This document shows, one piece after another, positions 46,465 to 56,721 of a DNA stretch of 64,000 bases. Numbering within the stretch: the stretch's first letter is position 1; the number at the start of each line of letters is the position of its first letter. The notes under the pieces were generated by a model. The model made no database searches and was not told where the DNA came from. It worked only from the letters and a program-made list of their open reading frames with translations. This DNA is from an uncultured Clostridia bacterium (lineage in GTDB: Bacteria; Bacillota; Clostridia; Christensenellales; DTU072), in the NCBI GenBank assembly GCA_934274515.1, contig CAKQTC010000012.1, positions 3,723 to 67,722 on the forward strand. Direction: 5' to 3'. Made by a program: the position numbers and the translations under genes.

Positions 46465-47325
46465 ATGATGAAATTAAACGATAAACTTGCTCTGTGCTAT
46501 GAAAAACTGAGCCGCGTCGCCACGCCCGAAATGCTCGCGAAAAGCGTGCTTGGACGAGAAATAATGCTGTTTCGGTTCGGTTCAGACCCGAAAACCGTGA
46601 TTTTCGGCGGTATTCACGCGCGAGAATGGATTACGGTTTTGCTTCTTACCGAACTCGCGCTCGAAGCAAAAGGCGCGTCGTTCGATTTGGTTCCGTGCCT
46701 TAATCCCGACGGAATGAGCCTTTGTCTTGACGGCATAAACAGCGTGTCAGACGGAGCGTTACGGGAAGAACTGCTTGCCGTCAACGGTCAAAAAAACGAT
46801 TTTTCGTTATGGAAAGCCAACGCTCGCGCGGTTGACCTGAACGTTAACTTTGACGCGGACTGGGGGGAGGGGTGGTCGAACGTAACCGACAAAGCGTCTG
46901 CAAATTATATCGGAATTGCGCCCGAAAGCGAAAACGAAACGCGTGCCGCGGTGGAATTGTTAAAGCGAAACTATTCGCTCGCGGTTAGTTTTCATTCTCT
47001 CGGCGAAGAAGTCTACTGGGGTTACGAAAGTAATTTTCGGTTTTACAAAGAGGCGAAAAAATACTCGGACTACCTAGGCTACGCGCTTAAACGGAGCGAA
47101 CATTCTTCGGGCGGACTAAAAGACTACTATGCCTTAAACTACGACGGCTTGGGATTGACGGTGGAAGTCGGCGAAGAAAAATACGGACATCCTTATCCCG
47201 AAAAAAGGCTTGACGAATTAGTAAAAAAACACGCGGGAAGCATAAATGTTTTAACCGCAATCGGAGAAAAAATATATGACCGACTTTATGGCGGAGGCGT
47301 TACGGGAAGCGAAAAAGGCTTATAA
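46465..47325 (+). CDS. M14-family zinc carboxypeptidase-like protein (gamma-D-glutamyl-diamino-acid peptidase-like)
   Basis: GGIHAREWIT zinc-binding motif; 286 aa. Confidence 0.65.
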   Translation: MMKLNDKLALCYEKLSRVATPEMLAKSVLGREIMLFRFGSDPKTVIFGGIHAREWITVLLLTELALEAKGASFDLVPCLNPDGMSLCLDGINSVSDGALREELLAVNGQKNDFSLWKANARAVDLNVNFDADWGEGWSNVTDKASANYIGIAPESENETRAAVELLKRNYSLAVSFHSLGEEVYWGYESNFRFYKEAKKYSDYLGYALKRSEHSSGGLKDYYALNYDGLGLTVEVGEEKYGHPYPEKRLDELVKKHAGSINVLTAIGEKIYDRLYGGGVTGSEKGL

Positions 47326-47722
47326 AAAAGACGAAGTACCCATAGGCTGCGTTATTGTCCGCAACGGCGAAATCATTGCCAAAAGCCACAACAGCAAGAT
47401 ACGCGACAACGATTCCACTTCGCACGCAGAGATGAAAGCACTTAAAAAAGCGCAAAAAAATTTAGGGACGAAATATCTATACGATTGCGAAATGTTCGTC
47501 ACGCTAGAACCGTGCGCAATGTGTGCCGGAGCGATAGTTAATACGCGTTTAGGTGTCCTGCATTACGCGCTTGAAGAGCCTAAAAGCGGTTGTTGCGGCA
47601 GCGTGTTTAATCTTGTTGACGGGAAGTTTAACCATAAAACGACGGTAATTGCAGGAGAGAGAAGGGAAGAAGCGTTATATTTAATGCAAGAATTTTTCAA
47701 AGAAAAAAGGAGCAACAAATGA
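47276..47722 (+). CDS. tadA: tRNA adenosine(34) deaminase
   Basis: HAEMKALKKA and PCAMCAGAI deaminase zinc motifs. Confidence 0.85.
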   Translation: MTDFMAEALREAKKAYKKDEVPIGCVIVRNGEIIAKSHNSKIRDNDSTSHAEMKALKKAQKNLGTKYLYDCEMFVTLEPCAMCAGAIVNTRLGVLHYALEEPKSGCCGSVFNLVDGKFNHKTTVIAGERREEALYLMQEFFKEKRSNK

Positions 47723-48279
47723 TAATAGTAGGGCTAGGCAATCCGGGGGCGAAATACGAAGGCACGTTTCACAACTGCGGCTACGGCGTTGTGGACGCTT
47801 TGGCGGAAAGGCTCGGAAAGAAAATAAACAAAATCGAGTGTTCGTCGCTTACTTCGGTGAGTGAGAGAAACGGAGAAAAACTCGTACTCGCCAAGCCGAC
47901 GACGTATATGAATTTAAGCGGCGAGGCGGTTAAAAGTCTTATAGGTAAGTACGGCGATAAAGCGGGCGAACTTATAGTTTGTTACGACGACGTAGACATA
48001 GAGCGATTTTCCGTAAGGGTACGAGCAAGCGGCAGCGCAGGCACGCACAACGGAATGAGGAACATAATAAATTTGCTCGGGCGCGAAGATTTCACGCGCG
48101 TACGAATAGGTATCGGCAGACCGGACTACGACCTTGCCGACTACGTTCTGTCCAAACCGACGAGAGAAGACGAAAAGAGATTTAACGAAACGTTCGGCAA
48201 AGTAGCCGACTTGTTGGCGGAGTATATAAAAACCCGTGATTTCGACAAATTTTTGCGCGAAGGAAATTCGATTAAGTAA
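47719..48279 (+). CDS. pth: peptidyl-tRNA hydrolase
   Basis: MIIVGLGNPGAKYEGTFHNCG...GTHNGMRNI. Confidence 0.9.
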   Translation: MIIVGLGNPGAKYEGTFHNCGYGVVDALAERLGKKINKIECSSLTSVSERNGEKLVLAKPTTYMNLSGEAVKSLIGKYGDKAGELIVCYDDVDIERFSVRVRASGSAGTHNGMRNIINLLGREDFTRVRIGIGRPDYDLADYVLSKPTREDEKRFNETFGKVADLLAEYIKTRDFDKFLREGNSIK

Positions 48280-51200
48280 TGGAAAAAAATCTCGTTCCCG
48301 TTACGGGCATTATTCGCGACGTAAAAAAAGCGATTGAAACAAGAAAGGACGTAATGGCGTTTAACGCTGCGCCGAACAATCGTTTTCACCTTACGACCGT
48401 CGCTTGCAAGAAGTTTGTTTACCTTGCCGGAGACGTAAGCGAGGCTCGTACGGCGTACAATCGCATTACGAAATACGGCGACGGGAACTACGTGCTTTTG
48501 CCCGAAAAGGAAGATTCGCTTACCAAGCGAATGATATGCGACTATTCGTCGATGGGCGAACGCGTCAAAATACTCGCCGGGCTTCTTGACGGCAGCATTG
48601 ACGGCGTGGTGCTTTCCTGCGAAAGTTTTCTTGCGCGTTATCCCGAAAAAGAACGGTTTATCGACGCGACGATTACGTTCCGTAAAAACTGCGAAATAAA
48701 GACGAGCGACTTGGCGGAACGGCTATTGTATGCCGGTTATAAACGTGATACCGACGTCAAAACTCCCGCTACTTTCCGCTTGTCGGGCGACGTTTTGGAA
48801 ATTTTCCCCCCTGCCTCGTTCTGCCCGTACAGGGTGGATTTTTTTGGCGACGCGGTGGAGAAAATCCGCGTGTACGAACCCGAAACGCACGTTGCGTCGG
48901 AAGAAAAAGACGCGCTTACGGTTTTACCTGCGTCCGATGTTTTGGTGCGCCAAAACGAAGTAAACGGTATCCTTAACTCGATTAGAAATGCGGCGAGAAC
49001 GCTTGCGCCGGAAATGCGGGGCGCGGCAAGCGACGCTATGGAAAGGTTCACGCGTAATCCGTCGGACGCGTTAAACGGGTTTATATTGCCGTTTCTCAAA
49101 GAACAGACTGCGCCGTTTCTTACTTACGCAAAAAATTTTACGCTTGTCGTCGATGACGTAAGGCAGATAGAAGACAAACTCAAACTTACGAGAAAAGCGT
49201 TTGAAAACAGGGCGGAAACGCTCTCGGAAGGCGGCAAAGCGTTCGGTTGCCACAAGGAAGCGATTTTCACGGAAAGCGGTGCGCTTGCGCCGCGCGGAGA
49301 GATACTCGGGTTTGGAAGAACGACGTCGGCGGTAAGGTTGTTTCGACCGCAAGAAATTTTCGATTTGAAGACGTCTCCGCTCGCGCCGTTTTACAACGAT
49401 ATAGAAGGTTTTTTCACGCTTGTAAAACAACTTCTTTTACGTGGAGTGAAGATACGCGTTTACGTTGCGAACGAAGGCTCGCTCGGCGCGTTGGAGAGTG
49501 CGTTTAACGACCACGATATAGGCGTGCATATAGGGTTTTCTTCCGACGCAGACATCGCGTTACAGGTCGGGGACGTGGAATACGGGTTTTATTATCCGAC
49601 GGAAAAATTTATGTGCGTCGGGATAAACGACCTTACGAGAAAACAGCAACCTATCCGAAAAAAACCTAAAAAGCAGACGTTTGAACTTCCTCTTAAAGGG
49701 GATTACGTCGTACACGAAAAGCACGGTATTGGGATAAGCGAAGGTATGCAAAGGGTGAAGACCCTGTCGGGAGAAAAGGATTTTTTCGTCGTTTTGTACA
49801 AGGGCGGCGATAAACTGTTTTTGCCCGTAGAGCAACTCGACACGATTGAAAAGTACACTGGCGCGGACAAACCCGCGCTTCATAAACTCGGCGGCGCGGA
49901 GTTTGAACGGGTAAAAGAAAGGGTTCGTCAAAGCGTCAAAGAGATGGCGATAGACCTTTTGGAAATTTACCGTGCGAGAGAAGGGCGCAAAGGGTATAAA
50001 TATCAATCCGATACGCCGTGGCAGAAAGAACTCGAAGACGATTTCGAGTTTACCGAAACCGAAGACCAACTCGTCGCGATAGCGGATATAAAACGGGATA
50101 TGGAAAGCGGAAAGATAATGGACAGATTGCTTTGCGGCGACGTCGGGTACGGCAAAACCGAAGTCGCTATACGCGCGATTTTCAAAACCGTTATCGAAGG
50201 GAAACAGGCGGCGTTGCTTGCTCCCACAACCGTGCTTGCGCAACAACACTATAATCTTATTTGCGCGAGAATGAACAAGTTCAAACTTAAAATCGAACTT
50301 CTAAGCCGTTTCGTTCCGCCGTCGGAGATAAAAAAATCGCTCGAAAGAATAAAAAGCGGCGAAAGCAACATAATCGTCGCGACGCACAGACTGCTCGGCG
50401 GCGACGTGGTTTTTCACGACCTCGGCTTGCTCGTGCTTGACGAAGAACAGCGGTTCGGCGTAGAGCATAAAGAAAAACTAAAAGCGTTCAAAAGCACGGT
50501 AAACGTGCTTAGTATGTCGGCTACGCCTATTCCGCGAACGTTGCATATGGCGTTAAGCGGAATAAGGGATATTTCCACGTTGGACACGCCCCCGAAAAAC
50601 AGACTGCCCGTGGAAACGTACGTCACGGAATACAGTGACGAACTGCTTAATGACGCGCTCGAACGCGAACTTAACCGCGGCGGACAGGCGTTCGTTTTGT
50701 ACAACAGGGTAAAGGGTATAAACAAATTTCGCGACACGGTAATTTCGCTCGTGGGGGATAGAACGGAAGTGGTTTGCGCGCACGGGCAAATGAGCGAAGA
50801 AGAGTTGGAGACCGCCATAAAAAAATTCTACGACGGCGACGCCGGCGTATTGGTTTCCACCACGATAATTGAAAACGGCGTGGATTTGCCGAACGCCAAC
50901 ACGCTGTTCGTAATCGACGCGGACAATTTAGGGCTTAGTCAACTGTACCAACTTCGCGGTAGAGTGGGGAGGAGCAACGTGCTTGCATATGCCTATTTTA
51001 CTGTAAGAGAAGGTAAAGTGCTTACGGAAACGGCGGTTAAACGTCTTGACGCGTTGATGTCGAACACCGAACTCGGGAGCGGGTTCAAAATCGCAATGCA
51101 GGACCTTGAAATTCGCGGCGCGGGCAATATTTTAGGCAGAGAACAGCACGGACAAATGGAAAAAGTCGGGTACGAAATGTACCTACGGTTGGTTAAAGAA

Positions 51201-51680
51201 GGGATAGAACGCGCACAAGGGAAAGAAATCGAAGAAGAACGGGAAGTAGAACTTAAAATCGACGGCGATATGGCTCTTAAAGAGAGTTACATTCCCGAAG
51301 TCAAAGCACGAACCGCAGTGTATCGAACGGCGGCGCAACTAACCTGCACCAAAGACGGAAACGAATTTTATAAAGAACTTTCCGCGTCCTACGGCGACGA
51401 CGCGCGGCTTAAAAACATCGTTAGAACGGGAATACTCAAAAACGTCGCTAAAAAACTCGGCGTGAAAAAAGTCGTTATTGGCAGCGCGGGTAGCGGAATT
51501 TATTTCGATAATTCGGATATTCTTAAAGAAAAACGTTTGTACGAAACGCTTGAAAGATATAAATCCGTCGCGGTTCTTTGCCCGACAAATCCGCCGAGCG
51601 TCGTTTTCGGAATAGCGAAACTCGCCCAAAGCGCGCGAATAAAATTCGTCAAAGATTTTTTGGAAGAGATAAAAGGTTGA
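48279..51680 (+). CDS. mfd: transcription-repair coupling factor
   Basis: 1,133 aa; CarD-like GDYVVHEKHGIG; helicase motifs GDVGYGKTEVA, LVLDEEQRFG, SATPIPRTL, RGRVGRS; directly downstream of pth. Confidence 0.95.
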   Translation: MEKNLVPVTGIIRDVKKAIETRKDVMAFNAAPNNRFHLTTVACKKFVYLAGDVSEARTAYNRITKYGDGNYVLLPEKEDSLTKRMICDYSSMGERVKILAGLLDGSIDGVVLSCESFLARYPEKERFIDATITFRKNCEIKTSDLAERLLYAGYKRDTDVKTPATFRLSGDVLEIFPPASFCPYRVDFFGDAVEKIRVYEPETHVASEEKDALTVLPASDVLVRQNEVNGILNSIRNAARTLAPEMRGAASDAMERFTRNPSDALNGFILPFLKEQTAPFLTYAKNFTLVVDDVRQIEDKLKLTRKAFENRAETLSEGGKAFGCHKEAIFTESGALAPRGEILGFGRTTSAVRLFRPQEIFDLKTSPLAPFYNDIEGFFTLVKQLLLRGVKIRVYVANEGSLGALESAFNDHDIGVHIGFSSDADIALQVGDVEYGFYYPTEKFMCVGINDLTRKQQPIRKKPKKQTFELPLKGDYVVHEKHGIGISEGMQRVKTLSGEKDFFVVLYKGGDKLFLPVEQLDTIEKYTGADKPALHKLGGAEFERVKERVRQSVKEMAIDLLEIYRAREGRKGYKYQSDTPWQKELEDDFEFTETEDQLVAIADIKRDMESGKIMDRLLCGDVGYGKTEVAIRAIFKTVIEGKQAALLAPTTVLAQQHYNLICARMNKFKLKIELLSRFVPPSEIKKSLERIKSGESNIIVATHRLLGGDVVFHDLGLLVLDEEQRFGVEHKEKLKAFKSTVNVLSMSATPIPRTLHMALSGIRDISTLDTPPKNRLPVETYVTEYSDELLNDALERELNRGGQAFVLYNRVKGINKFRDTVISLVGDRTEVVCAHGQMSEEELETAIKKFYDGDAGVLVSTTIIENGVDLPNANTLFVIDADNLGLSQLYQLRGRVGRSNVLAYAYFTVREGKVLTETAVKRLDALMSNTELGSGFKIAMQDLEIRGAGNILGREQHGQMEKVGYEMYLRLVKEGIERAQGKEIEEEREVELKIDGDMALKESYIPEVKARTAVYRTAAQLTCTKDGNEFYKELSASYGDDARLKNIVRTGILKNVAKKLGVKKVVIGSAGSGIYFDNSDILKEKRLYETLERYKSVAVLCPTNPPSVVFGIAKLAQSARIKFVKDFLEEIKG

Positions 51681-51848
51681 CAAACGATAAAATATTTTGC
51701 GCTCGTTCGGCTTATATATACTTGCTTTCCGTAGGAAAGTAGTGTATACTCTTATGAGTAGTCTTATAGGTGTCGGCTTTTTGCCTTGCCGTAAGAGTGC
51801 GTAAGGGGCGGTAAAACCGCAAATCAAAACTCTAAAAGGAGTACGATA

Positions 51849-54473
51849 ATGAAGAAAAAAGGATTATTGTTTTTGTTGACGGCGGCGATGCTGTTCTTCT
51901 GCGTCGCGCTTAGCGCGTGTTCTCTCGTCAGCGTCAACGAAGAAAGACAGGCAAACCGCGTCGTTGCGACGGTTTCGGTCGATCTCGAAAAAGAATTCGG
52001 CAACGGGGTCAAGGTTCTCGATACCGAGAAAGAAAAATGGGACTACAACGTTTCCATGGACATTACGCGCAGAGAACTCGTTTTTACCGTTAATTACGCT
52101 ATCAACTATTATTCGCAACTTTACGCTCAATACGGAATGCAATATTCTTACGACGTCGAAACGTTGCTCGAATCGTCGTTGAAAACGCTTAAAGCGCAAA
52201 AGTACAACACCGCTTACGCGATGGGAGAACTGCTCGTTAACGCGAAAAGCACGGGAAGGTTCGACGCTTTGTATTGCCGTACCGCCGAATATAAAGAAAT
52301 TTACGGCAAAACTCTTGTTCCCGAAGGTCTGCTTACCGTTTCCGAAAGATACGAAGCGGTTAAGACGGTAAACAATCAATTCGATACGCAACTTACTTCT
52401 CTTCTCGATACCGGCAAAGACAAGGACAGAGAAAAAGCAAAAAGCAACGCCAACGACGAACTTGCGAAAGCGTACAACGACGGATTTTTCGTCAAGAGCG
52501 TTCAAATGGCGTATAAAGACGACCAAGGTAAATGGAGCGACGGTATTTACGACAACGAAATCATCGACGACGGCAACGACAAAACCGCAGAACTCGATTA
52601 TAAGAAAATCTACGTTAAAGTAAGGTTGACCAAAGGCGGCGCTGACGTGAGCAAGTCGGAAGAAGCGAAAGACGAAAAAGGCGAAAAAGTCAGATACGTT
52701 TGGGTTCCGTCGGAAGAAGGAGCGATTAAGACCGAGGCGGACAGCGCCGTGACTTCGACGCGTAAATACATGACAGCGAAAAAAGCGACGGTATCTTTCT
52801 CGGGAAGAGAATATGCGGAAGTCACTAAGGACAACGATTCCGGGTACGAAGTCGCTACGTTTACGAGCGACCCCGTCAAGTTCACGCTTGTTACCGCAAG
52901 AAGCGCGCATAAACACGACGACAGCGAAAACGCAAGCGCAAAACTTACGAAAGAACTGCGCTATTTCTCGCTTAAAGCATGGGAAACGGGCGCGGTTACC
53001 GAAAAAGTGACGAAAGAAACGCTTGACGAACTTAAATCCGAAATCTTTAACGCGAAACCCGCAACTTACCCCGAAAAATACGGCAAATATACCGATACGG
53101 AAAAGAAAGAGGCGTATCGTCAACTTCGCAGCACGTTCACTTCGAGCAATATCGGGTTCGTCGAAGACTCGTTGGACGAAGCGGAAATGGCAAAACTCAG
53201 CGCGGCGCAACAACGAAATCTTAAATTCTACAACGGACTTGCTTATTATTACGACGCACAATTCTCGTCGGCGGTTCTCTCCGCTATCGAGTACGAACTC
53301 GGCGAGAAGGACAGCGTTGCCGTCACGAACGGCGAAATAGACGAAGAATACAAACTTCTCGTACTTAAAGACAAAGCCAATTACGAATATCTCTCGGACA
53401 AAGAACAAGTAAAGAAATTTTTTGAAACGCTTAAAGGCGGTACGAACGGACTCGATAAAGTTTATTACGTACCCATCGACGCGCTTACCAAAGTAGGATA
53501 CGAAATTAAATCCACCGATAAGGCGTATAAGATTTTCTTTGAAAACGACGGAACGGTCAAAGCGGAATACAAAAACAAATACGTGTTTGAAGAAGTCAAG
53601 AACGGCAAAACCGTTTATACTATGAAATACGCGTATAAGAACGAAAAAGCAGACGGAACGCATACTTACACGATAAATATGATTTACGTTACGCACATTC
53701 TTCTTTCGTTCGACAACGTGGAAGGATTGACAAACAAATACAAGGCGGCGACGCTCGACCTTACGGACGAACAGAAGATAGAGTTTGCTAAGAAGTTCGT
53801 CGAAAAAATCAAAACTTGTCCGCAACTTCTTTCTTTCCTTGAAAACTTCGACCATGACAAGACTTACGAAGTAAAAGACGTGTTTAAGACCGACGAGAAA
53901 GGGAAACTCGCATACCAAACCTACGCGGACGTAATCAATACTATAAACGACGCTTTGAGCGGAAAAGGTACGTATAAAGAACTGTTAGACGCGTTTATAA
54001 CGCTTATGGAACAGTACAACGACGATAGCGGCAAACTCACCACGTCGGGTTACGTCGTAAGTGCGGGAGATATGGAAAACGGCTGGTACGCGGACTTTAC
54101 GGCGACTGCTCTCGAAATGTACTTTAAGGCGTTGGTTACGGGAAAGAACCCGACGGAACTTGCGGCGGGAGAAAATTCTTTGGACAGAATCGAAGACGCT
54201 TATTCCGATTACGGTATTCATAAAATGATAATAAGTTTCACGCCGCTGTTCGACGTAAAGATTGACGAAAGCATCGGAGCGACGGACGTTAAGACCAAAC
54301 TCAACATCGACGGCGATACGAGATACGACGAAATCGGAAAAAGTTTGCTTTCGGCAAAGAAGAGCAAGGCTTACACCGAGTGGAAAGCGAAGAATTCCGA
54401 CGAAATCGTGGAAAAACATTCTAGCACGAACGATAAGAATTACAAACGCATCGTTAAGGATATAAAAGGTTAA
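51849..54473 (+). CDS. large lipoprotein of unknown function (874 aa; a SurA/PrsA-like chaperone position after mfd is only a guess)
   Basis: Lipobox signal LLFLLTAAMLFFCVALSAC; RBS aaaaggagtacgataATG. Confidence 0.6.
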   Translation: MKKKGLLFLLTAAMLFFCVALSACSLVSVNEERQANRVVATVSVDLEKEFGNGVKVLDTEKEKWDYNVSMDITRRELVFTVNYAINYYSQLYAQYGMQYSYDVETLLESSLKTLKAQKYNTAYAMGELLVNAKSTGRFDALYCRTAEYKEIYGKTLVPEGLLTVSERYEAVKTVNNQFDTQLTSLLDTGKDKDREKAKSNANDELAKAYNDGFFVKSVQMAYKDDQGKWSDGIYDNEIIDDGNDKTAELDYKKIYVKVRLTKGGADVSKSEEAKDEKGEKVRYVWVPSEEGAIKTEADSAVTSTRKYMTAKKATVSFSGREYAEVTKDNDSGYEVATFTSDPVKFTLVTARSAHKHDDSENASAKLTKELRYFSLKAWETGAVTEKVTKETLDELKSEIFNAKPATYPEKYGKYTDTEKKEAYRQLRSTFTSSNIGFVEDSLDEAEMAKLSAAQQRNLKFYNGLAYYYDAQFSSAVLSAIEYELGEKDSVAVTNGEIDEEYKLLVLKDKANYEYLSDKEQVKKFFETLKGGTNGLDKVYYVPIDALTKVGYEIKSTDKAYKIFFENDGTVKAEYKNKYVFEEVKNGKTVYTMKYAYKNEKADGTHTYTINMIYVTHILLSFDNVEGLTNKYKAATLDLTDEQKIEFAKKFVEKIKTCPQLLSFLENFDHDKTYEVKDVFKTDEKGKLAYQTYADVINTINDALSGKGTYKELLDAFITLMEQYNDDSGKLTTSGYVVSAGDMENGWYADFTATALEMYFKALVTGKNPTELAAGENSLDRIEDAYSDYGIHKMIISFTPLFDVKIDESIGATDVKTKLNIDGDTRYDEIGKSLLSAKKSKAYTEWKAKNSDEIVEKHSSTNDKNYKRIVKDIKG

Positions 54474-54487
54474 TTAAAACACGAACT

Positions 54488-54520
54488 AAAAAGGCTATCC
54501 TGCAAAAGATAGCCTTTTTT
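54488..54520 (+). terminator. rho-independent terminator
   Basis: ggctatc/gatagcc stem flanked by an A-run and tttttt. Confidence 0.6.
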
Positions 54521-54546
54521 AGAAACTCATAGAAACGGAGTATACA

Positions 54547-55374
54547 ATGGCAGAATTCGATATAGAACTTGTCGGCAAAATCGGGAGTATGGCTCTTATC
54601 AACCGCGAGCACGACGATATGGATTACAACATTATCGCAAGAATAGGGCGGTATTTACATCCCGGGGTCATTTGGGTGACGAGCGGCGCGACGGAAATAG
54701 GCAGGTTGGATTATATTAAGCGCAACGGGAAAGAACTCGAAGGGAATTCGGAAGAAGTTAAGGCGGACTATGCCGCGCAAGGACAAAGCATACTTATGAC
54801 GCAGTATAGACAGTTTCTTAACAGTAAATACAGTTTAAGGCAGATTTTGGTCGAACATCATCATTTTAACGACGACGCGAAGAGAGATAATCTTCGACGG
54901 TTGTTGCTAAGATGTCCTGTGCAGGGTGCGGTACCGATAATAAATTATAACGATCCGCTTAACGACGAAGAAGTGAGAAAAATGGAAATTCGTTCGTTGA
55001 TAGCGGAAAGGGGAACGGCGGTAGAGTGCGTGGACAACGACGAAACGGCAAGTCAAATAGCGTGCCTTGTCAAGCCGAAAACGCTCGTTATACTTACCGG
55101 AGTGAACGGAATATATAAAGACAAGGACAATGAAAACACGCTTGTAAGGGAGATTTGCGGAGCGAGCGTGTACGAAACTTTGGAAAACGTGGAGTATTAC
55201 CGCAATTTTTGCGACGGAGCAAGCAGAGCAGGGGCGCAGGGCGCGCGTGCAAAGTTAGGATACATAGAAGAACCGCTTAAAAACGGAACGACCGTGTATA
55301 TAGCAAATAGCAAGTTCCATATAGAAGACGTTTTGCGCGGCGACGTACCGTCTACGAAGATATATACGAGATAG
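54547..55374 (+). CDS. amino-acid-kinase-family protein (glutamate 5-kinase-like, no PUA domain)
   Basis: VGKIGSMALI...VTSGATEIGRL...VDNDETASQIACLV...LTGVNGIY resembles the ProB/AAK fold motifs. Confidence 0.5.
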   Translation: MAEFDIELVGKIGSMALINREHDDMDYNIIARIGRYLHPGVIWVTSGATEIGRLDYIKRNGKELEGNSEEVKADYAAQGQSILMTQYRQFLNSKYSLRQILVEHHHFNDDAKRDNLRRLLLRCPVQGAVPIINYNDPLNDEEVRKMEIRSLIAERGTAVECVDNDETASQIACLVKPKTLVILTGVNGIYKDKDNENTLVREICGASVYETLENVEYYRNFCDGASRAGAQGARAKLGYIEEPLKNGTTVYIANSKFHIEDVLRGDVPSTKIYTR

Positions 55375-55443
55375 CATAAGGTTGAATTAAGGTTAAATTA
55401 ATATTATTAAAAATATAAAATAGTATATAGAAGGAGCGTGTCA

Positions 55444-56484
55444 ATGAAAAAGAAAAATAAACTTTTGCTTGTTTTTATGGGAATGATTTTAGTGCTGGCG
55501 ACGATATTCGGACTTGTTGCGTGTAAAGCCGACGGCGGAAGCGGAAATCGTTACGGCAAAGATTTCGTTCCTGGGTCAAGCAACGACGAGGGAAAGAAAA
55601 GTTCGATAGTCATTACTACCGACAGGCTTATCGTTTATACGGTGGAAATGAGTCTTACATCAAAAGACGTGAACGCGTCTATGAAGAAAATGCAAGAAAA
55701 GGCGAAAGAAATCGGCGGTTGGCAAGCAAGTTCGTCGGAAAACGAAACGTATATTTACGTCACGTTTAGAGTGCCTACGGTCAAATTAGACGAATTTATA
55801 GACAGAGTATCGGAAGGGAACGAGGTGCGAAACAAACAAGTAAGTACCGTGGACATAACCGATCAATATCAAACAGCGGAAACGAAAAGGGCGGAACTTA
55901 TTAAAGAAAAGGACAGGCTCACCGCCTGGATGGAAACAGACGCGTCGTTGAAGACGGAAAACAAAATAGAAATTCAAAAAAGGATTACCGAGATAGCAAA
56001 CGAGATAGACGGATATTCGACCGAAATCAGCGGATATAAAAAAAGAGCGGATTATAGCACGGTAAACATAAGTTTATACCAAGACGGACAATACGTGGAA
56101 CCGTCTTACTGGGACAGACTGGGGGAAGTGTTTTTCGGAAGCGGAAAGAGCATAGGAACAGTCTTTGGCTGGTTGCTTACCGCAATAGTCGCGATACTTC
56201 CGTATTTTGCGATTGTCGCGGGCGTATTCGGCTTGTACGTACTGATTAAATTTATCGTGTGCAGAGCCAAGAAAATACCGTTTACGCTGTTTAAGCGAGC
56301 AAGAGAGCATGCGCTCGTAAGAAAAGAGCAAAAGCACAAAATGCGAGAAGAGATGGAAGCGTATCGCGCAAAACGAACCGCGTCAGCCCGACCCGCCCGC
56401 CCGTCAAGTGAGAACGAGGCGTCCGAACAAACGACGGAATCGTCTTTGGAGCCGTTATCCGACGAAAAAGAAGATAAGGAATAA
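55444..56484 (+). CDS. lipoprotein with DUF4349-like architecture
   Basis: Start set at the ATG at 55444 (aaggagcgtgtcaATG); lipobox LVAC; central coiled-coil region; C-terminal TM helices and an acidic tail. Confidence 0.5.
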   Translation: MKKKNKLLLVFMGMILVLATIFGLVACKADGGSGNRYGKDFVPGSSNDEGKKSSIVITTDRLIVYTVEMSLTSKDVNASMKKMQEKAKEIGGWQASSSENETYIYVTFRVPTVKLDEFIDRVSEGNEVRNKQVSTVDITDQYQTAETKRAELIKEKDRLTAWMETDASLKTENKIEIQKRITEIANEIDGYSTEISGYKKRADYSTVNISLYQDGQYVEPSYWDRLGEVFFGSGKSIGTVFGWLLTAIVAILPYFAIVAGVFGLYVLIKFIVCRAKKIPFTLFKRAREHALVRKEQKHKMREEMEAYRAKRTASARPARPSSENEASEQTTESSLEPLSDEKEDKE

Positions 56485-56502
56485 GCGATAACGAAAAACG
56501 TT

Positions 56503-56543
56503 AAAAAAACCGTTAAGAAATGCGATTTTCTTAACGGTTTTTT
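56503..56543 (+). terminator. rho-independent terminator
   Basis: accgttaagaaa/tttcttaacggt 12-bp stem followed by ttttt. Confidence 0.6.
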
Positions 56544-56721
56544 CGTTAATCGGCGCATATCGCTCGTTCGAGCGGATTTACGGGAGTCTATTTACGTCGC
56601 AGTTAGTTTGCGAAACGACAAAAAGAAAGATACTGTACCATAAACGACACAATTCGGGGCTGCAAACGGGGCAGGTTATGGTACAATTAGTGTAAACGAA
56701 AGGGAAAGGAGAAAGAGAAAA

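Noticed and set aside
51864-53918. 684-aa minus-strand ORF, the longest antisense ORF in the track
   Set aside because: It lies entirely antisense to the 874-aa lipoprotein gene, which has an RBS, a lipobox and normal composition. Its translation is low-complexity (R/F/V/K-rich) with no motif. This is the typical shadow ORF opposite a GAA/AAA-rich coding strand.
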